From positions 32,001 to 96,000 of the forward strand of contig JANMQY010000016.1 of assembly GCA_031370785.1 (NCBI GenBank): a stretch of 64,000 bases of DNA, in the 5' to 3' direction. Both the position numbers and the translations under genes were made by a program. Numbering within the stretch: the first letter of the stretch is position 1; each line of letters begins with the position of its first letter. The DNA comes from Candidatus Eiseniibacteriota bacterium (GTDB lineage Bacteria > Eisenbacteria > RBG-16-71-46). Below are positions 57,810 to 64,000 of this stretch, in pieces. The notes beneath the pieces are model-generated. The model had not been told where the DNA came from. It ran no database searches and saw only the letters and a program-made list of their open reading frames with translations.

Positions 57810-58682
57810 CTACCTGAGTGCCTCGGCGCCGCCCACGATCTCGGCGATTTCCTTGGTGATGGCTGCCTGCCGCATGCGATTGCGCAACAGGGTGAGACTG
57901 TCCACCAGCTCGCCGGCGTTCTTGCGCGCCGCACCCATCGCGACCATGCGCGCGGAGTGCTCGGCGGCAAGCGCATCGGCGAGCGCGGCGAACATCTTGG
58001 CTCCGGCGTAGCGCAGGAGCAGCTGCTCGAAGATCGCTTCCGGGTTGGGCTCGAAGATGGTGCCGCGATCCTGCGGCGGCGGAGCCGCGGCATCGCCCGC
58101 CACCGCGGAGCCGCCTACCGGCAGGAACACCTCGCTCACGATCCGCCGGTTGAGCGCCGAGATGAACTGCGTGTACAGCACTTCGACGCGATCCACCGCA
58201 CCGGACATGAACAGCTCGATCAGATCGCCAGTGAGCTTCTTCGCGAAATCGAGATTGGCCTCCGCCGGCAGATCGACATGGGTGGCGAGCACCGGATAGC
58301 GACGACGCTTGAAGTACTCGCGGCCCTTGCGGCCCACCAGCACCAGCTTGAGCGTGCCCGGCGCCGCGGCGCGCAGTCGGGTCTCGGCCTCGCGCATCAG
58401 GTTCGTGTTGTATGCGCCGCACAGGCCGCGGTCGGCGGTCACCAGCACCAGCGCCGTCACCTTCGCCTCGCGCGCGCGGAACAATGGGCTCTCGAGCTCG
58501 CTCGCCGCGCCGGCCAGCTTGCCGAGCATCTCGGTGAGCTTGGCGGCGTAGGGCCGCGCGGCGACGGCGCGCGCCTGAGCGCGACGCAGCTTGGAGGCAG
58601 CCACCATCTCCATGGCCTTGGTGATCTGCTGCGTGCTCTTGGTCGAGCGGATGCGCCGCCTGAGGTCCTTCAGGGATGCCAT
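57810..58682 (-). CDS. atpG: ATP synthase F1 gamma
   Basis: QITKAMEMVAASK, DRGLCG, RQAAITKEIAEIVGG. Confidence 0.99.
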   Translation of the reverse strand: MASLKDLRRRIRSTKSTQQITKAMEMVAASKLRRAQARAVAARPYAAKLTEMLGKLAGAASELESPLFRAREAKVTALVLVTADRGLCGAYNTNLMREAETRLRAAAPGTLKLVLVGRKGREYFKRRRYPVLATHVDLPAEANLDFAKKLTGDLIELFMSGAVDRVEVLYTQFISALNRRIVSEVFLPVGGSAVAGDAAAPPPQDRGTIFEPNPEAIFEQLLLRYAGAKMFAALADALAAEHSARMVAMGAARKNAGELVDSLTLLRNRMRQAAITKEIAEIVGGAEALR

Positions 58683-58685
58683 GGC

Positions 58686-60194
<1,509 letters not shown>

Positions 60195-60239
60195 GCTGTC
60201 AGCCCCGAATTCTATGAGAGGTGATGGAAGGCAGCGCCA

Positions 60240-60785
60240 TCAGACGCTGACCTCGTGTAGACGCCTTGAAATCGTGTCGAGCAGGGTGCGCACCGAGCGG
60301 TCGATCACGCGATCGCCGATACGCACCAGCGCCCCGCCGATCAAGGCGGGATCGGTCTCGCTGGTGAGCCGGATCGTGGTGCCGGTGCGGCGCTCCAGTC
60401 CGGCCTGAAGCTTCTCGGTCTCGGCCGCGGTCAGCGGCACCGCGCTGACCAGGTGGGCGCGACGCACGCCCTGCGCCTTCTCGACGATCGCTTCGAACTC
60501 ATCCACGATGGTCGGGAACTCGCCCAGACGCTTCTTGCGCAGCAGCAGGTCGACAAACACGATCGCGGTACGCAGCACATGCTTCTCGAGCCCGGTCCGC
60601 AGCGCCTTGCGCTTGTCCTCGAGGCGCGTCTCGGGCGAAGCAAGGAAGCGCCCGACCCTGCCATCGTGACGGAGCACCTCGCGCAGACCCTGCAGATCCT
60701 CGAGGGCGCGCACCGTCTCGCCGCGCTTCTCGGTGATCATGAACAGCGCCCGGGCGTAACGCGCCGCGACAGTGGTGTCCTTCAT
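60240..60785 (-). CDS. atpH: ATP synthase delta
   Basis: VAARYARALF, SAVPL, DPALIGG...DRS. Confidence 0.96.
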   Translation of the reverse strand: MKDTTVAARYARALFMITEKRGETVRALEDLQGLREVLRHDGRVGRFLASPETRLEDKRKALRTGLEKHVLRTAIVFVDLLLRKKRLGEFPTIVDEFEAIVEKAQGVRRAHLVSAVPLTAAETEKLQAGLERRTGTTIRLTSETDPALIGGALVRIGDRVIDRSVRTLLDTISRRLHEVSV

Positions 60786-61270
60786 TTCTTCGCTCCGACT
60801 TCGTCCACGAACTCGCCGACCAGCTTGCGCTGGGTCGGGTCGTCGATCTTCTGCCGCAGGATCTTCTCGGCGGTCAGGATCGAAAGCGTCACCACCTGAT
60901 CCTTGAACTGCTCCTTGGCCTTCTCTCGCTCGCGCAGGATCTCGTCCTCGGCGCGCTGCACCCGCTGCGCGGCCTCGGCCTGCGCCTGTGCCTTGATCTC
61001 GGCCGCCGCCTTCTGCCCGTCTTCGACCGCGGCCAGGATGCGCTGGCGGGCTTCGGCGTCTGCGCCGCGCAGCTTCTGCTCGTAAGCAACCTTCAGGTCG
61101 TTGGCCTCTGCCTTCGCGCGGTCCGCCGCCTTGAAGTCACCGGCAATCTTCTCGCGCCGCGCCTCGAGCATGCCGCTGAGCGGGCCCCACGCGTACTTGC
61201 GCAGGATCCACAGCATCAGCAGGAAGCCGATGATCTGGGTGAGAACTTGCCGGATGTCGATCAGGTTCAT
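60782..61270 (-). CDS. atpF: ATP synthase F0 b
   Basis: N-terminal TM with ..AWGP, then a long coiled coil; operon position. Confidence 0.95.
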   Translation of the reverse strand: MNLIDIRQVLTQIIGFLLMLWILRKYAWGPLSGMLEARREKIAGDFKAADRAKAEANDLKVAYEQKLRGADAEARQRILAAVEDGQKAAAEIKAQAQAEAAQRVQRAEDEILREREKAKEQFKDQVVTLSILTAEKILRQKIDDPTQRKLVGEFVDEVGAKK

Positions 61271-61331
61271 GCACGCTCCTTGACGGCGCCCCGTCCGAAC
61301 CGGCCAGGGGACCGCGCGTCGAGCAAGGTCT

Positions 61332-61562
61332 CTAGATCTTGCTCGACAGCAGGAACATGGTCACGAACGCGTAGATCGTGAGTGCTTCGGCCAGCGCCGC
61401 GATGATGATCATCGCGAGCTGAATCTTCGCGGTCGCTTCCGGCTGACGGCCGATCGCCTGCATGGCGCCCTGACCGATCAGACCCAGACCGATGCCCGAG
61501 CCGACGGCCGCGATGCCGATGCCGATGGGAAGGCCGAGTGATAATGCCGCGTGGAAATCCAT
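61332..61562 (-). CDS. atpE: ATP synthase F0 c (H+-type signature)
   Basis: GxGxGxG, RQPE loop, AEALTIY. Confidence 0.97.
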   Translation of the reverse strand: MDFHAALSLGLPIGIGIAAVGSGIGLGLIGQGAMQAIGRQPEATAKIQLAMIIIAALAEALTIYAFVTMFLLSSKI

Positions 61563-61566
61563 TGAG

Positions 61567-62970
61567 TCATCCCTCCTGTACTTGTGGCGAGTGGGCGTGG
61601 TGCGCTTCCTCTTCGTGCTCGTGATCGTCGTGCGGCAGCATGAGAAGGAAGTAGATGGTGCTGAGAACGGTGAACACCAGGGCCTGCAGGGTGCTGGAGA
61701 GCAGCGCGAGGAACAGGAACGGCAGGTGCAGCGGCAGACCGAACGGCAGGTGCGTGAACGACAGCATGGTCACGCCAAGGGTCGCAAAGGCGACCAGCAG
61801 CATGTCCTCGCCGAAGATGTTGCCGAAGAGTCGGCACGAGAGCGAGATCGGCTTGGCGAGCTCGCCGAGCAGGTGGATCGGAAAGATCAGCGGCGCCACG
61901 ATCCACGAGGTCACATCGCGCGGGTTGCCGAGCATGTGGTCGAAGTATCCGACCAGGCCCAGCTCCCTGAACCCGGTAAACTGCACGTAGACGAACACCG
62001 TCAGCGCGAGCGCGACGGTGACGTTCAGGTTCGAGGTCGGCGAGTGCATGAACGGGATCAGCCCGAACAGGTTCATCGCCAGGATGTAGATGAACAGTGT
62101 GCCGAGGAATGGCACGTAGCGCGGGCCGAATTTCGGGCCGAGGATCCCGACGATGAAGTCGTGGAGCGCCTCGACCAGAGCCTCGACCGCGTTCTGCAGC
62201 CGACCTGGATACATCTTCGCGTTGCGACTGGCGAGGAAGGCGAGGAAGCACAGCAGCAGCGCGATGAACAGCGAGTAGACCAGCACTTCGTAGTGCTCGA
62301 GGAAATGCGCCCAGGTCGCGTGCGGAAACGCTCCGGCCAGGATTCCGATCACGTTCGGGAACTCTTGCGGACCTTCGCTCTTCGCCTCGCCGTGCTCGGC
62401 GCCTTCGGCCGCGTGGCTCTCGGCCGCGGTGGTCTCGGCAGCGTGGCCTTCGGCCGCGCCGGTCTCGCTCGCGGCCAGCGCCGCGCTCCCGGCGTCGCGC
62501 GCGACACCGCTGCGTGGCAGCGCACCGAGCGCGCCCCATGCGAGTGCCACGGTCGCCACCACTACCAGCGCCGCGCGCCACGGGCGGCGCGTGATCGCGG
62601 CCCACGCGCGCGATTCGAGCAGCAGCCGCGCGGCGGCCTTGAGCACGATCACGGTGAATGGAAGGAAGAAGCCGGCCATCAGCCAGTGCGGCGCGAGCCG
62701 GGTCAGCAGCAGCGGCCCCGCGGCGAAGAGCGCGAGCATGCCGAGCAGCGCGAGCCCGATGCGGCGCAGCGAGGCGGGCCGGGTGCGCTTAAGACCGGTG
62801 AGCGTGACGATCAGACGCTCGATCAGCGCGAGGTTCACGAGCGACCACAGCGCGCCGGCCCCGAACGCCAGGCCGGTAAGCGGCGAGGCGTAGGTCGCAA
62901 TCATCAGCGATGCGACCGCGCCCACCCAGAGCGTGGTCGTGCGGACGCGTGCGAGAAACTCGAGGCCCAT
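61567..62970 (-). CDS. atpB: ATP synthase F0 a, N-terminally fused to an AtpI-like membrane domain
   Basis: PGRLQN, SPTSNLN, KPISLSCRLFGN, LQALVF in the C-terminal half; four-TM AtpI-like N-terminal region in the same frame. Confidence 0.9.
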   Translation of the reverse strand: MGLEFLARVRTTTLWVGAVASLMIATYASPLTGLAFGAGALWSLVNLALIERLIVTLTGLKRTRPASLRRIGLALLGMLALFAAGPLLLTRLAPHWLMAGFFLPFTVIVLKAAARLLLESRAWAAITRRPWRAALVVVATVALAWGALGALPRSGVARDAGSAALAASETGAAEGHAAETTAAESHAAEGAEHGEAKSEGPQEFPNVIGILAGAFPHATWAHFLEHYEVLVYSLFIALLLCFLAFLASRNAKMYPGRLQNAVEALVEALHDFIVGILGPKFGPRYVPFLGTLFIYILAMNLFGLIPFMHSPTSNLNVTVALALTVFVYVQFTGFRELGLVGYFDHMLGNPRDVTSWIVAPLIFPIHLLGELAKPISLSCRLFGNIFGEDMLLVAFATLGVTMLSFTHLPFGLPLHLPFLFLALLSSTLQALVFTVLSTIYFLLMLPHDDHEHEEEAHHAHSPQVQEG

Positions 62971-62996
62971 ATCCGCGTGCGGCGCCCGACGTGAGG

Positions 62997-63251
62997 TCAG
63001 CGGCGCTTTCCGCGCTCCTCTTCTGCCATGTAGCGGCGGTAGATCAGGAAGGTTTCACGTCCCGCGGCGAAGAAGCCCAGGATCAGCCCGAGGATGAGGA
63101 ACCATGGGGAGGACTTCAGTCGTCGATCCAGCAGCCAGCCCAATCCGCCGCCGAGCAGGGGCGCCACGATCAGCAGAGTAGGAATGGCGAGCAGCATACC
63201 GGCTGACCTGAGCCCGGAGAACTTCGACTCGTTCCGCGGTGGTTCCGGCAT
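62997..63251 (-). CDS. AtpZ/AtpI-family (ATPase gene 1) small membrane protein
   Basis: GLGWLLDR...PWFLILGLILG motif; first gene of the atp operon. Confidence 0.88.
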   Translation of the reverse strand: MPEPPRNESKFSGLRSAGMLLAIPTLLIVAPLLGGGLGWLLDRRLKSSPWFLILGLILGFFAAGRETFLIYRRYMAEEERGKRR

Positions 63252-63326
63252 CACGTCCGCCCCGGTGAAACTTTTCACAAACACGGGGCAACCGTCGAGA
63301 TTTCAACGGCTGCCGAAGGCGGAGGC

Positions 63327-63355
63327 ACTCTAGAGAAAGGGCCCGGAACGGTCAA
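63327..63355 (-). promoter_or_regulatory. sigma70 promoter of the atp operon
   Basis: TTGACC-17 nt-TAGAGT on the minus strand. Confidence 0.65.
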
Positions 63356-63582
63356 CAGGAAACTGCCCGGAAGCCGGTCATTTCTGGGCCTGGGCCCACT
63401 CCTCTACATAGGCCGGCCCTACATGGAGCCGGGGCAACTCGCTCTGGAGCGAGTTGCGCGGACATCTGGCCCCCGGAGGGTCGGCCGCCTCAACTGGCCG
63501 CGCGGCCAGTTCCGGCGCTCGCGCGAGTTCGGCGTTCCCCCCTTCTGGCGCCACTGCCGCCATGGCCTTATCTTGCCCCACC

Positions 63583-64000
63583 GTGCCCGATATCCGCCCC
63601 GCCCACGTCGAGGTCTACGTCTTTCGCCGCCGCAAGAGGCGGGTCGAGCTGCTCACGCTTCGGCGCTCCCCGAGCCGGTCGCTGGCCGGGGTCTGGCAGC
63701 CGATCACGGGCGGCGTCGAGCGCGGCGAAGGAGCTTTCGCGGCCGCGCGCCGCGAAGTAGAGGAGGAGACCGGCCTCAGGCCCAGGAAGTGGTGGGCGCT
63801 GCAGAGCGTTACCGTGTACTTCGACCCCCGGCGCGATAGCGTGCGCATCCTGCCGCTGTTCGCGGCCGAGATTGAACCCGGGGCACGAGTCAGGCTCTCA
63901 CGCGAACACGACCGGCATGCTTTCCTCACGCCGAGTGCTGCCGGAAAGCGCTACCTGTGGGACGCGCAACGCCGCGCGCTGGCGGCGCTGCGCCACGAGG
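63583..64000 (+). CDS. NUDIX hydrolase (NudB-like), runs off the window end
   Basis: Not in the ORF track. Manual translation: MPDIRPAHVEVYVFRR...WQPITGGVERGEGAFAAARREVEEETGL (Nudix box). TATCTT lies 8 nt upstream, so it may be leaderless. Confidence 0.88.
   Translation, partial: MPDIRPAHVEVYVFRRRKRRVELLTLRRSPSRSLAGVWQPITGGVERGEGAFAAARREVEEETGLRPRKWWALQSVTVYFDPRRDSVRILPLFAAEIEPGARVRLSREHDRHAFLTPSAAGKRYLWDAQRRALAALRHE

Noticed and set aside
61332..63251. Na+-translocating or N-type ATPase
   Set aside because: Subunit c lacks the Q...ES(T) Na+ ligands, and the gene order is canonical F-type with a separate delta.

Overview
High-GC (roughly 70% by eye) bacterial chromosome segment, mostly minus-strand genes. 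The many exported proteins with FlgD-Ig/T9SS-like C-terminal domains, the short ATP synthase epsilon subunit and the overall gene style suggest an FCB-superphylum lineage such as Candidatus Eisenbacteria (inference only). In order: a degenerate M16 peptidase pair, an S8 protease and asparaginase; a 10-kb block of uncharacterised secreted proteins and lipoproteins (5.8-16 kb); a housekeeping run (ECF-type ATPase, larC, larB, dusB, HAD phosphatase, ctpA, tmk, ino1, CDP-alcohol phosphotransferase, rsmI, ltaE, HU, ilvC, TPR protein, HD protein, priA); a four-gene c-di-GMP/two-component operon with two paralogous GAF-histidine kinase-GAF-HD-GYP fusions, preceded by both sigma54-like and sigma28-like promoter motifs; tsaD/cutA; an HzsA-like propeller; GT39; osmC; a sigma54 activator; OPT transporter; lipoprotein MsrA; the full F-type ATP synthase operon; and a partial NUDIX gene. 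Best leads: (1) a hidden exported thioredoxin-TPR selenoprotein that the ORF track splits at an in-frame UGA (WAPW-U-HTC, followed by a SECIS-like hairpin); (2) the kinase-HD-GYP fusion operon; (3) an AtpI-AtpB fusion; (4) enrichment of the Bacteroidota-type O-glycosylation sequon D-(S/T)-x in exported proteins. No rRNA, tRNA, CRISPR array or mobile element was recognised.
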